Positions 1 through 8,437 of a DNA stretch of 60,408 bases are shown one piece after another. Position numbers and translations under genes: made by a program. Position 1 is the first letter of the stretch. Every line of letters begins with the position of its first letter. Source of the stretch: a virus (Duplodnaviria > Caudoviricetes); the IMG/VR virus record IMGVR_UViG_3300021961_000099, positions 1-60,408 of that record, one strand, 5' to 3'. The notes beneath the pieces are model-generated. The model worked only from the letters and a program-made list of their open reading frames with translations. It did not search any database and was not told the DNA's origin.

Positions 1-231
1 TTTTTCAACAGAGTCTTTAAATCTTTTTGATGATACCAATTCAACAAAGTCTCTATCCATTTTTGGCATTGCAGGAAAATTAGAATAGGGTGTTTGTTTC
101 CCTAATATTTTTCTTTCTACATCACCAGCCATTCTTTCAGGACCTTCGTAGTCAATTGGTGCTTCCATCAATTTGATGAACTCTTTTTTGGAAATTCCTT
201 CCGTATATAATTTCTTTTTGATATTTTTCAT
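1..231 (-). CDS. Hypothetical protein, 5' part only (runs off the left edge); MKNIKKKLYTEGISKKEFIKLMEAPIDYEGPERM...
   Basis: Read manually: ATG at 231-229 directly after the stop of 233..610, open to the window edge; absent from the ORF track. Confidence 0.75.
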   Translation of the reverse strand, partial: MKNIKKKLYTEGISKKEFIKLMEAPIDYEGPERMAGDVERKILGKQTPYSNFPAMPKMDRDFVELVSSKRFKDSVEK

Positions 232-232
232 G

Positions 233-610
233 TTATTCAAATTCTATTCCAAGTTCATCAAAGGTCAACCAATCTGGCATGTCACTTTTTCTTCTGGCTT
301 TGGGATCAGGTTTTGGACCTGGTTTTGGTTTGTAAGGAGTCTTAGGTTGTTTAGGTTTAGTTCCCGGATCAATTTTAATTCTTTCTTTTTCTTTTGTCCC
401 CGGTGACATGGTTGGCATGTCAAACTCTTCATCCATTTCACCTTTTAAATAATTAAAATCTTCGTCCTCATCTTCGTAATCTTCAATATCCGTGTCATCA
501 ATTTCCAAATTGTCTGACTCAAATTTTTCTTGTTCAGATATAACTCTACCTCTGTTGTAATTAAATAGATATTTGATATCTTTAATTTCCTCTATAATTT
601 GTTTTTTCAT
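233..610 (-). CDS. Acidic hypothetical protein with a Pro/Lys-rich C-terminal motif; putative internal head protein
   Basis: Leader ends in VISEQ, followed by an acidic middle and PKPGPKPDPKA; TATTTAT motif upstream (625-631). Confidence 0.7.
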   Translation of the reverse strand: MKKQIIEEIKDIKYLFNYNRGRVISEQEKFESDNLEIDDTDIEDYEDEDEDFNYLKGEMDEEFDMPTMSPGTKEKERIKIDPGTKPKQPKTPYKPKPGPKPDPKARRKSDMPDWLTFDELGIEFE

Positions 611-641
611 CTTAGTTTTTTTTTATAAATATCAAGGTTTT

Positions 642-926
642 TTATTCAGGCACCATATAGTACTGATAACCTAAAGAATAATATAAGAATTGTCCTTTAT
701 TCTTTAGTACAGAATTAATATCGGCTTGTTTTGTAACCTTAACCCCAACAATTTTTTTGTCTTTAGGTATTTTTCTTCCAGGATGTGTATTCAAAACATC
801 TTCAATTGGGTCAAGAAAGTATTTGAGTTTTTTGATTAAAGTTTTTTTATCACCTACAACACCAATTCCGTATTGTTTACAAAGTGATTTGATTTCGGGT
901 AGTTCAAGTTTATTTAAGTCTTCCAT
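642..926 (-). CDS. SAP/HeH-like DNA-binding domain protein
   Basis: LNKLELPEIKSLCKQYGIGVVGDKKTLIKKL fits the SAP pattern (L..L...EL+..L+..GL...G.K..LI.RL). Confidence 0.65.
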   Translation of the reverse strand: MEDLNKLELPEIKSLCKQYGIGVVGDKKTLIKKLKYFLDPIEDVLNTHPGRKIPKDKKIVGVKVTKQADINSVLKNKGQFLYYSLGYQYYMVPE

Positions 927-930
927 ATTA

Positions 931-962
931 CAAAGATACGAAATTAAACTCTATTTTCCAAA
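931..962 (-). promoter_or_regulatory. Bacteroidota-type primary-sigma promoter (-33 TTTG, 20-nt spacer, -7 TATCTTTG)
   Basis: Minus strand reads TTTG-N20-TATCTTTG-taat-ATG, matching the Bacteroides consensus TTTG-N19-21-TAnnTTTG. Confidence 0.7.
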
Positions 963-1184
963 TGCGTCCGTTTTGAAGTAGTTGTTGTATTTTGATGAGT
1001 GTTGGTCCCAAACAGGTTTTTTACCTCTTTCTTTATCGGTATAACCCTGATCGTAAGAAGAGTTAACTATTTGTTTTTCTAAGGGTTTGATCTCCTTTTG
1101 AAGATTTTCTAAAACTAAAAGTGTTTCTTGTGAAAGTCCTTCAGTTTTCAAATATTGGTCTATTTTTTTTACGATTGGTCCCAT
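951..1184 (-). CDS. Hypothetical protein
   Basis: 77 aa ORF co-oriented with its neighbours, typical composition. Confidence 0.65.
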   Translation of the reverse strand: MGPIVKKIDQYLKTEGLSQETLLVLENLQKEIKPLEKQIVNSSYDQGYTDKERGKKPVWDQHSSKYNNYFKTDAFGK

Positions 1185-1197
1185 GTTGTTAAATATA

Positions 1198-1806
1198 CTA
1201 ATCTAAATTTTCTAATTCCACTTCCACATCAATAGGAATTCCATATTTTTCTAATAATTTGTAGAAAAAATTATAACAGTGATAGTTTAGACCACCAAAA
1301 AAGTCTCCTGTTTCATAGGCTTGTTGAGCTTCGAAAAGAGCGTCCCAAAGACTTCCATTAACTAAACTTTGTTCTTCGGTTTCAGGATCAAGAAACTCAT
1401 AACTTACTGTTCCGTTACCGTCAATGTCTATTTGTAAATCAGCAACATCATACTTATAACCACCCATTGCGGTATTAGTCACATCAATAACTTTAACTGA
1501 AGTTTCTAAATCTAGTTCAGGAACAACAAGATCAAAAGTATTTCCTAGAACTTCTTCTTTTAGTTTTCCATATAGATTATTAAATCCACCGTTATATCTA
1601 TACCAAATAGGTCTGATTGTTGTAAAATCTTCGGTTGTGTTTTTTTTTATTCCTGAAATATCATAAATAACATCATCAAGATGAGGTTCTTCACCCATCT
1701 TTTTTTGTTTGTCCCAAACACTATAACACAACTTACGAAGATTTTCTTCGGTTATATTTTCTGTTATTAGTTTTTGTTGTCTTTCTGATATTATTATTTT
1801 CATCAT
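1198..1806 (-). CDS. Hypothetical protein with MKIIISERQ-type leader; putative internal head protein
   Basis: N-terminus MMKIIISERQQKLITE is similar to that of the adjacent gene; acidic. Confidence 0.75.
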   Translation of the reverse strand: MMKIIISERQQKLITENITEENLRKLCYSVWDKQKKMGEEPHLDDVIYDISGIKKNTTEDFTTIRPIWYRYNGGFNNLYGKLKEEVLGNTFDLVVPELDLETSVKVIDVTNTAMGGYKYDVADLQIDIDGNGTVSYEFLDPETEEQSLVNGSLWDALFEAQQAYETGDFFGGLNYHCYNFFYKLLEKYGIPIDVEVELENLD

Positions 1807-2177
1807 CCTATGTTTGCACCAGTAACCTCTTTTATCTCTACATCAGGGAACAATTCTTTGAAGTAGTCATATACAGCATTTTTTATATGTCTTGATACTA
1901 TGTGATTAGGTATTGATTCCTCAATCTCATTTTCAATCGAATAATTATAGTATAAGGTTTTAGACCCCAACATATGAATAAATAAAATATCACCATCAGC
2001 ATTTTTTAATTGTATAGATTGATGCCCTTCATAAGAATCGTCAACATCTTGTTTCAACATCTTTATAAACAACTTTTTATACTTTGGGTATTCGTCACGA
2101 TACTCAGCATCCCAACGATCTCTTTTATATTCCTCGTTGATTAAATGTAACTGATCTTCCGTGATTATGATTTTCAT
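1803..2177 (-). CDS. Hypothetical protein with MKIIITEDQ-type leader; putative internal head protein
   Basis: N-terminus MKIIITEDQLHLINEE; TATTTAT upstream (2182-2188). Confidence 0.75.
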   Translation of the reverse strand: MKIIITEDQLHLINEEYKRDRWDAEYRDEYPKYKKLFIKMLKQDVDDSYEGHQSIQLKNADGDILFIHMLGSKTLYYNYSIENEIEESIPNHIVSRHIKNAVYDYFKELFPDVEIKEVTGANIG

Positions 2178-2194
2178 AATAATAAATACCTTCT

Positions 2195-2227
2195 AAAACA
2201 AAAAACCCACCGATCAAGGTGGGTTTT
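2195..2227 (-). terminator. Intrinsic terminator (possibly bidirectional)
   Basis: Hairpin AAAACCCACC-gatcaa-GGTGGGTTTT with a U-tract on the minus strand. Confidence 0.8.
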
Positions 2228-2247
2228 ACATTAATTGTAAAGTAATA

Positions 2248-2595
2248 TTATTGTTCAAACATTTTTGAAGTATATGTGTTTAACATTTTTCTCAAACGAG
2301 GTGCATCATTCGGATGTTCATCCAAATAATCCATAATAATTTCCAACAGTTCCGAAAATTGTGAATCTTCATCATAAGACTTCATATCTTGTCTTTGTTT
2401 AGTATAGTCGGCAAATTGAGATGGGTCTTGATCGTAAAGAATTCTCATATTTTCAAGATCTTCTTGAGAGTATGCACTTCCATATTCGTCAAGTTCTTGT
2501 TCTTGATTTTCCACTAAATAATTTTTTGAAGTGTAGAACTTGTGCATGTTCAAAATTCTGTCGGCTTCGTTTTCTGTTATTAAAAAATTTTTCAT
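2248..2595 (-). CDS. Acidic hypothetical protein (likely start MKNFLITENE); putative internal head protein
   Basis: ATG at 2595 follows the stop of the upstream gene; leader has LITE/LVE motifs. Confidence 0.7.
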   Translation of the reverse strand: MKNFLITENEADRILNMHKFYTSKNYLVENQEQELDEYGSAYSQEDLENMRILYDQDPSQFADYTKQRQDMKSYDEDSQFSELLEIIMDYLDEHPNDAPRLRKMLNTYTSKMFEQ

Positions 2596-2596
2596 A

Positions 2597-3979
2597 TTAT
2601 ACAAATAAATTAAAGTCTTCATCTTCATCAGCTCTTCTTAAAACTGAATCAGGGATTATGTTTTTACCTTCAGCACCTGGTATATTTAACACCATTAGAT
2701 TTGGCATATCTCCAATACACTCAGGTAATCTTTGTAGATTTTTATTATCAACTAATGATAAATATTGTAGATTAGGTAATTGACAAACCGCTTCAGGAAG
2801 TGTCGCAATACAATTAACAAAGTTAAGTGCTTGTAATTGTTTGAATCTACTGATATCTTCAGGGATGTTTAGACTTATATTGTCACCACCTCTAGACGAG
2901 TTTTTGAATGTAAATCTTTTAAGGTTTTCAGGTAATGTTGCAAATAACTCATCAAACCCATAAAGTGCAACAAACTTAGACGCTGAGTCGCCAGGGTAAT
3001 CAATAACAACTTTATCACCTTTTTCACCCGCTAAGGATTTCATGAATTCAGGTTTGAAGAATTGTTTTAGTCCTTCCTCATTTGTATTTAAGAAGTCAAC
3101 AAGGTTAATTTGTCTATCGTCAGCATCCATGAATTGATTATCAGGGAAGTGGAATTGATATCTGTTTGCTGGTAATCCTGAAACTTCACCTGTTTCTTTT
3201 CCGTATGATTTGAATGTTGTTGGTTTGTTTGGAATTACAACATATAAAGGTCCTCTATTAATATATCTATCAAACCAACTTAATCCTGGTGATGATGTAC
3301 ACCATGTTGTTTCTCCTCTTCTTCCTTCACTGTGAGATCCACCATAAAAACAAGCTGCGTCTTTACCAAGTTGTCCTTTGTCTGAAATTTTAGCAACAGT
3401 CCAATCTTGACCTCTATAAACAATATCAGCACCAGGGTGAGCATATGTTTTAGAAGCCTCTTTTTTCTCCTCTTTAGTTGCTTTAGTTTTTTCCAAACTG
3501 AAATCTTTTACATTGTCATAAAGTGTTTCGATTGTCAAATTGTCGATGTTACGAAGTTCTAGTGGTAGTCTATTTTTAAACCTTTCGTACTTCTGTAGAT
3601 TGGTCGTAACTTTATACAAATCTTCCATGAACAAGTCTTGGAATTGTTTAAGTGCTGATCTATACTGACCTGATTGAGGATCTACAATATTTAATGGGTG
3701 ATCTGCAGGTAACTTTGGTGTTACATAGTTTTTCAATAACCACTGAGTGTATTTACCGATCTTAACTCGGTCCATATCTTGTGGTTTAAGATTATTAACA
3801 TCCATCCCTTCCGGAAGTTTTGAGGTTGGGTCTGCCGCAATCAAGGCCAACAATGTTTCAAACGGCATGATACCTTTTTTTCCCTTTTCTTTTGGTTTTA
3901 CAAACTTATCAAAAAGTACTTGAAATCTTGAACTTTCAACAATGAGATCTCTTAATAGACTGGTAAATCTAAGTGACAT
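2597..3979 (-). CDS. Protein with a central WCT-motif (PcfJ-like) region and C-terminal leucine-rich repeats
   Basis: LRRs: IPEDISRFKQLQALNFVN, LPEAVCQLPNLQYLSLVDN, LPECIGDMPNLMVLNIPG; AACFYG...TTWCT motif; TATTTAT upstream (3996-4002). Confidence 0.75.
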   Translation of the reverse strand: MSLRFTSLLRDLIVESSRFQVLFDKFVKPKEKGKKGIMPFETLLALIAADPTSKLPEGMDVNNLKPQDMDRVKIGKYTQWLLKNYVTPKLPADHPLNIVDPQSGQYRSALKQFQDLFMEDLYKVTTNLQKYERFKNRLPLELRNIDNLTIETLYDNVKDFSLEKTKATKEEKKEASKTYAHPGADIVYRGQDWTVAKISDKGQLGKDAACFYGGSHSEGRRGETTWCTSSPGLSWFDRYINRGPLYVVIPNKPTTFKSYGKETGEVSGLPANRYQFHFPDNQFMDADDRQINLVDFLNTNEEGLKQFFKPEFMKSLAGEKGDKVVIDYPGDSASKFVALYGFDELFATLPENLKRFTFKNSSRGGDNISLNIPEDISRFKQLQALNFVNCIATLPEAVCQLPNLQYLSLVDNKNLQRLPECIGDMPNLMVLNIPGAEGKNIIPDSVLRRADEDEDFNLFV

Positions 3980-4020
3980 ATATAATTATTTCTTAATAAA
4001 TATTTGAATGTATAAAAAAA

Positions 4021-4860
4021 TTAGTAATTCATGATAAGTAATTCTTCCCCCATGTTTTGTTTCTCTCCCTTTTTAGCCGCTGCTGCTTTTGCAAACTCTT
4101 TTCTTATCCAAGTGTACTGATCTTCGGGAAACCATTCATGGAGCAAGTCAAAGTCATAATATGATAACGAAAACTTACCTTGAACCCCATGTAAAACCTT
4201 TGCTAACCTTTCATGATCCTGTCTATCAAAATCATGATTTGAATAATAATTTTCTGTTTTCCAATAAGGTGGATCAAGATAAATGTATGTTGAAGGTGAA
4301 TCGTATTTTTGTATTACATCGGAGAAGTCCATATTCTCAACATCGGTAATTTTCAAAAAGTGATCTACCCACTCGGGTTTAGATAACTTATCACGAAATG
4401 TAAGATACTTCGATTTATACTTTCCTTTAAGATCAATAAAGTTGGATGTCTCAGGTTTTGATCCACTAAACACCTGAGTCAGAATATAAACATATTTAGC
4501 AGCAACCTCGTAATCGCCAGGTTCAAGGCTGAAACCTTGATTAAAAATTTCAGCCTGAAAGCTTACGAATTGTTCACGATAAATTTCAGGGGTAATATCA
4601 ACACCTTGTTTTTGACAATCAATATTATTAATTGCTCTTAATAATTCAGTTGGGTTTTGGACGCACTTGAATAGGTTGTAATTGAGTGGATTGAAGTCGT
4701 TATAGACAACTTTTTTTAGATTTGGGAATTGTTTGAGGTCCATATTATAAAAACACCAAAACATTCCTCCAAAAGTCTCTAAATAGACTTCCATATTCTT
4801 ATCATAGAAAGGGACAATCCACTTTCCAATTTTACTTTTTCCTCCAATATAACTTAACAT
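4021..4860 (-). CDS. dam: DNA adenine methyltransferase (Dam/D12 class)
   Basis: N-terminal SYIGGK, E-T-F-G-G motif I variant, YND, catalytic YLDPPY, C-terminal EELLIMNY. Confidence 0.9.
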   Translation of the reverse strand: MLSYIGGKSKIGKWIVPFYDKNMEVYLETFGGMFWCFYNMDLKQFPNLKKVVYNDFNPLNYNLFKCVQNPTELLRAINNIDCQKQGVDITPEIYREQFVSFQAEIFNQGFSLEPGDYEVAAKYVYILTQVFSGSKPETSNFIDLKGKYKSKYLTFRDKLSKPEWVDHFLKITDVENMDFSDVIQKYDSPSTYIYLDPPYWKTENYYSNHDFDRQDHERLAKVLHGVQGKFSLSYYDFDLLHEWFPEDQYTWIRKEFAKAAAAKKGEKQNMGEELLIMNY

Positions 4861-4866
4861 AGTTCT

Positions 4867-4895
4867 AATATACTATTTTTGATATTTATTTTCAA
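4867..4895 (-). promoter_or_regulatory. Sigma70-like promoter TTGAAA-N17-TATATT for dam
   Basis: Exact 17-nt spacing; the same pattern recurs before ssb, primase and 21923..22141. Confidence 0.55.
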
Positions 4896-4919
4896 CTAAC
4901 TAATAATTAAATTATAGGT

Positions 4920-5081
4920 ATGGAAAAAGAAAAAGCAACAGAAGTGAAATGTCACACATGTGATGAAAGTAAGCAAGTTAAAAATACTCAAAGATTTGTT
5001 TTAATTTTTGGTTCTATATTCACCTTTTTTGGAATTTACGGAATCATATCTTTTGTGAAAGATATAATTTCTATGTTTTAG
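4920..5081 (+). CDS. Small membrane protein with CxxC (53 aa: [53 protein letters not shown])
   Basis: Translated manually (below the ORF-track cutoff); fills the gap between dam and dnaJ; one TM helix; TATTTAT at 4883-4889. Confidence 0.65.
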   Translation: MEKEKATEVKCHTCDESKQVKNTQRFVLIFGSIFTFFGIYGIISFVKDIISMF

Positions 5082-5997
5082 TTTTCGAAAACTTAACAAA
5101 TTGGTTAATAATTAAATCTCCTACAGTTTCTAATCTAAACCCTTTTAATTTGACTCTCAAAGGTATTGATGTGTCTATATTTTCTGGTAGTTTAACATTT
5201 AAAGCACCTTCAGGATGTGGAACATTGATTGATCCTTGAAGTAGTTCGTCTAAAGTCATGAAAGCGTTAAACACCAAATTATTACCTAATTTGTCAAAGT
5301 TTTTTTCAGGTTTTAGATCAATTCTCACAATCAAATCACCGTGAATACCATTTTTGAAGTCCCCCATACCATTAACCCTCAAAAATTGACCATTATCTAC
5401 ACCGTGAGGTAAATTTATTTCTATTGTTTTCATTTCGGTGGAAGAACCATTACCGTTACATGAGAAACACATTTCTTTGAAATGGAATCCTCTACCTGAA
5501 CAACTTTCACAAGGTGTTTGGACAATCTGAACAAACATTCCACTTCCCATCTGTCTTACAACCATTCCCGATCCGTTACAAACTCTACAAGAAATTTTTT
5601 CACCACCAGTACCGTTACATGGTTCACATTTATTTTGTCTACGATAAGTTATATTTTGTTTTCCTCCTTTGTAAGATGTTAGAACACCAATTGGTATGGA
5701 TATATTTGTAGTATGTACTGGTCTTTGTGTATTTCTTCTTTGCCCAAACATAGAATTGAAAGCGTCATTGAAATTAAACCCTCCTCCGAAAGGGTTATTT
5801 TTGGAATTATCGTATTCTTTTCTTTTATTTTCATCTCCAAGTACATCATATGCTTGTGATATTTTTTTGAATTTGTTTTCGTCACCACCTGCGTCTGGAT
5901 GATTTTCTTTAGCCAACTTTCTATAAGTTTTTTTAATTTCTTCTTGAGAGGCGTTTTCTTTTACTCCTAAAACATCGTATAGATTTTCAGTATTCAT
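5071..5997 (-). CDS. dnaJ: DnaJ (Hsp40) co-chaperone
   Basis: J domain with HPD, short G/F region, four CxxCxGxG repeats, C-terminal domain (GDLIVRI). Confidence 0.95.
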   Translation of the reverse strand: MNTENLYDVLGVKENASQEEIKKTYRKLAKENHPDAGGDENKFKKISQAYDVLGDENKRKEYDNSKNNPFGGGFNFNDAFNSMFGQRRNTQRPVHTTNISIPIGVLTSYKGGKQNITYRRQNKCEPCNGTGGEKISCRVCNGSGMVVRQMGSGMFVQIVQTPCESCSGRGFHFKEMCFSCNGNGSSTEMKTIEINLPHGVDNGQFLRVNGMGDFKNGIHGDLIVRIDLKPEKNFDKLGNNLVFNAFMTLDELLQGSINVPHPEGALNVKLPENIDTSIPLRVKLKGFRLETVGDLIINQFVKFSKTKT

Positions 5998-6026
5998 TTA
6001 CTATTTTTGATTTGTATAATTTAGTT

Positions 6027-6662
6027 ATGGATTATTTAATTGTTTTATTTAAAAATAAAAAAAGAAAAAAAATAATAAACAAGTTTAAAACATTGGATCG
6101 TGCGAAACTTTTTTTCCAAAAAAAAATTGAGGAGAGTAACTCAGTGGTTTTCGAAAAATCGGTTGAAAACGCGTCTCCTTGTGATTACGAATTAGGATTA
6201 TTAAGTTCGTCGATTGAGGATTTTGAAAGTTACTTTATAAAGGATTCATTAGGTAGACAAATTAAAGTTGATATTGATAGTGGTTACAAAGTAATTGATC
6301 TAAAACCTTTTAAAGTTCCTGAAAGTTTATATGATGTAAATTTAAAAACTAAAATTACATTCGAAAAATTTATGAATCTATATCTTAAAGATAAGTCAAT
6401 AAAGTTGTTATCGAAATTAAACAACAAAGTTGTTTTACAAAATGATTCAGATGTTAAACTTTTTTCACTTAAAAATGAAATTGAGTCAAATCGATTTTTA
6501 AAAGAGTTAAATGATTATTTAATTTCTGAAAATAGAATGGATTGTATTATTGTCAATGACACTTCTAAATCACAAAAAAAATATCTTTATGATATTTTGA
6601 GTGATATGGGTTTGGAAAAAAAATTACTTTACAGAAGAACTACTACTTTTAAACCAAGATAG
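6027..6662 (+). CDS. Hypothetical basic protein
   Basis: Long ORF divergent from dnaJ; first ATG at 6027. Confidence 0.75.
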   Translation: MDYLIVLFKNKKRKKIINKFKTLDRAKLFFQKKIEESNSVVFEKSVENASPCDYELGLLSSSIEDFESYFIKDSLGRQIKVDIDSGYKVIDLKPFKVPESLYDVNLKTKITFEKFMNLYLKDKSIKLLSKLNNKVVLQNDSDVKLFSLKNEIESNRFLKELNDYLISENRMDCIIVNDTSKSQKKYLYDILSDMGLEKKLLYRRTTTFKPR

Positions 6663-6950
6663 TATTTTACTTCTTAGTGATTTTTTGTTTTGATATTCTT
6701 TTTTTGGTTCTTCGATCGGAGGTACATAATCTACATTAATAAATACATGTTCCGTACCAGACATGTCTACTGAGAACCTATTAAAATTATTATCTATTTT
6801 TCTGAAGTTACTTTGTACTTTTTTATAGTCTTCAGAATTTAATTCATAAACACAAATCATTTTACCTTGAGGGAAAAGCGTTTGCATCGCATCAGTGACC
6901 AAAGCTAAGTTTTCTATTATGTTAATAGGACTTTCTTGATTTTCTCCCAT
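6624..6950 (-). CDS. Hypothetical protein
   Basis: 108 aa ORF in an operon-like run. Confidence 0.65.
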   Translation of the reverse strand: MGENQESPINIIENLALVTDAMQTLFPQGKMICVYELNSEDYKKVQSNFRKIDNNFNRFSVDMSGTEHVFINVDYVPPIEEPKKEYQNKKSLRSKILSWFKSSSSSVK

Positions 6951-7117
6951 AATGTTTTTTTAGTAACAGGTTTGACAATTTTTTCTTTATCAATTTGTTT
7001 AATAGATTCAATTAAATCTTTTTTTTGTTTTTCTAACTCAACTTTGTCTTTTTCCACTTCACTTTTCAGCCATTCCATCGCCTGTTCCTCTCTCATTGAA
7101 ATCTTCTTCTCCATCAT
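6917..7117 (-). CDS. Hypothetical coiled-coil protein
   Basis: 66 aa, charged and helical, overlaps both neighbours. Confidence 0.55.
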   Translation of the reverse strand: MMEKKISMREEQAMEWLKSEVEKDKVELEKQKKDLIESIKQIDKEKIVKPVTKKTLWEKIKKVLLT

Positions 7118-7487
7118 TCAATTTTTCTTCAAATAATTCAAATTTTAGTGTTTGTAAACTTTCAAGTTTTCCGCCTTCAAAAAGTCTTTTCAGTTCGTCT
7201 ATTTTTTGTTTAAGTAGTCTTTCTTTTAACTCAATTTCTTTGTTGTAAGATATTATGTTTTTTATATTATTTACAGTTCTGTCTAAGTTTACCTGATTGA
7301 ACTCACTTACGAAAGAAAAAAATCTTTTATCATCGGTAACTTTATTGTTTTCCACAATTTTATCTTCCTCAACAAATCTTTTTGGTATTTTCCAAGTAGA
7401 TGGAAATTCTATATCAACACTCAAATAATTTTTTAATTTTCTTATTGATACTAAATATGTAAATATGTCTTTGAATTCGTTATACAT
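7059..7487 (-). CDS. Hypothetical protein
   Basis: 142 aa ORF with a C-terminal coiled coil. Confidence 0.7.
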   Translation of the reverse strand: MYNEFKDIFTYLVSIRKLKNYLSVDIEFPSTWKIPKRFVEEDKIVENNKVTDDKRFFSFVSEFNQVNLDRTVNNIKNIISYNKEIELKERLLKQKIDELKRLFEGGKLESLQTLKFELFEEKLNDGEEDFNERGTGDGMAEK

Positions 7488-7494
7488 TCTGTGT

Positions 7495-7680
7495 TTAAGT
7501 AAAAAGATAAGTTATTAGATAGGAAAGGAAAAAGTAATTGGATATTTTTTCCCAAGTACTAAAAGTTATTTGTTTAGGTTCATCACTGAAAATTGATCTT
7601 ACAAAAATCAGTATAAGGTTCGTTGCGTAAAGTATTGACAAAACGAAAACGAACAGAAAAAAAATATCCAATTTAAACAT
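7495..7680 (-). CDS. Small membrane protein (2 TM)
   Basis: 61 aa, two hydrophobic segments. Confidence 0.6.
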   Translation of the reverse strand: MFKLDIFFLFVFVLSILYATNLILIFVRSIFSDEPKQITFSTWEKISNYFFLSYLITYLFT

Positions 7681-7686
7681 CTCTGA

Positions 7687-7860
7687 TTACTTTTTTCTTT
7701 CTTCTAAAATTTCTGATCTCAACTGTTGGAGTAAATTTTTTAAGTCTTGTGATGACTTTCTTGCTCTAGTTCCTGCACTTTTGTTACCAGAGTAAAATTT
7801 ATTAACATCAACACTGAGTTGTTCAGTCAATTCTTTGATTTGTTCAATTGTACTACTCAT
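7687..7860 (-). CDS. Histone H1-like / Hc1-family nucleoid protein (57 aa: MSSTIEQIKELTEQLSVDVNKFYSGNKSAGTRARKSSQDLKNLLQQLRSEILEERKK)
   Basis: Translated manually; GNKSAGTRARK matches the GNKAAGTRARK signature of the short Bacteroidota Hc1-type proteins. Confidence 0.85.
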   Translation of the reverse strand: MSSTIEQIKELTEQLSVDVNKFYSGNKSAGTRARKSSQDLKNLLQQLRSEILEERKK

Positions 7861-7920
7861 TTTTAATAAAAATTATGGTTTATTAATGATAAGTTAGAAT
7901 CTATACTCTAAATGTAAAGG

Positions 7921-8394
7921 TTATAGTACAAGATTTTTATCAAGTGTTTTGTAGATATTATATATTAAATCTAAATCAACTTGAGTGAATGGTTTTTCTC
8001 GATTGAATAAATCATTGAAGAAAATGTCTATGGAGTTACGAACTACTTCTTTTTGTTGGTTGTAATATATTTCTTGGAAAAGTGAATAAAAGTAATCTTT
8101 ATGTTCTCCTTCTTTTTCGAATGATATATTTTCCTTTTGGAAGTTATCTAATATTTTATTCCAACACCATTCGAAATGTTTTTTATTGTCTTCAGTTGTC
8201 ATTTCTACTTTAGTTTCTGTACTATTTTCTGAACTTCCCAAATATGTTGATTTTATAAGAAAAAAAAGACTGAATGATAAATCATAATATAATTCCATTT
8301 TTTCGGGTATTATATTATTAACACGAAACCAAATGTCAACTTCTTCGGGATCTAAATTTTTGGTGATATAATTAAAAAAATTATCCATAGTCAT
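7921..8394 (-). CDS. Hypothetical protein
   Basis: 157 aa ORF, preceded by TTTACA-N16-TATAAT (8410-8437). Confidence 0.75.
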   Translation of the reverse strand: MTMDNFFNYITKNLDPEEVDIWFRVNNIIPEKMELYYDLSFSLFFLIKSTYLGSSENSTETKVEMTTEDNKKHFEWCWNKILDNFQKENISFEKEGEHKDYFYSLFQEIYYNQQKEVVRNSIDIFFNDLFNREKPFTQVDLDLIYNIYKTLDKNLVL

Positions 8395-8412
8395 GTCTAA
8401 CTATGGATAATT
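8379..8412. repeat. Perfect 12-bp inverted repeat over the start codon(s) of 7921..8394
   Basis: AATTATCCATAG-tcatgtctaa-CTATGGATAATT. Confidence 0.8.
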
Positions 8413-8437
8413 ATAGGGGTATAGAGTTTTTTGTAAA

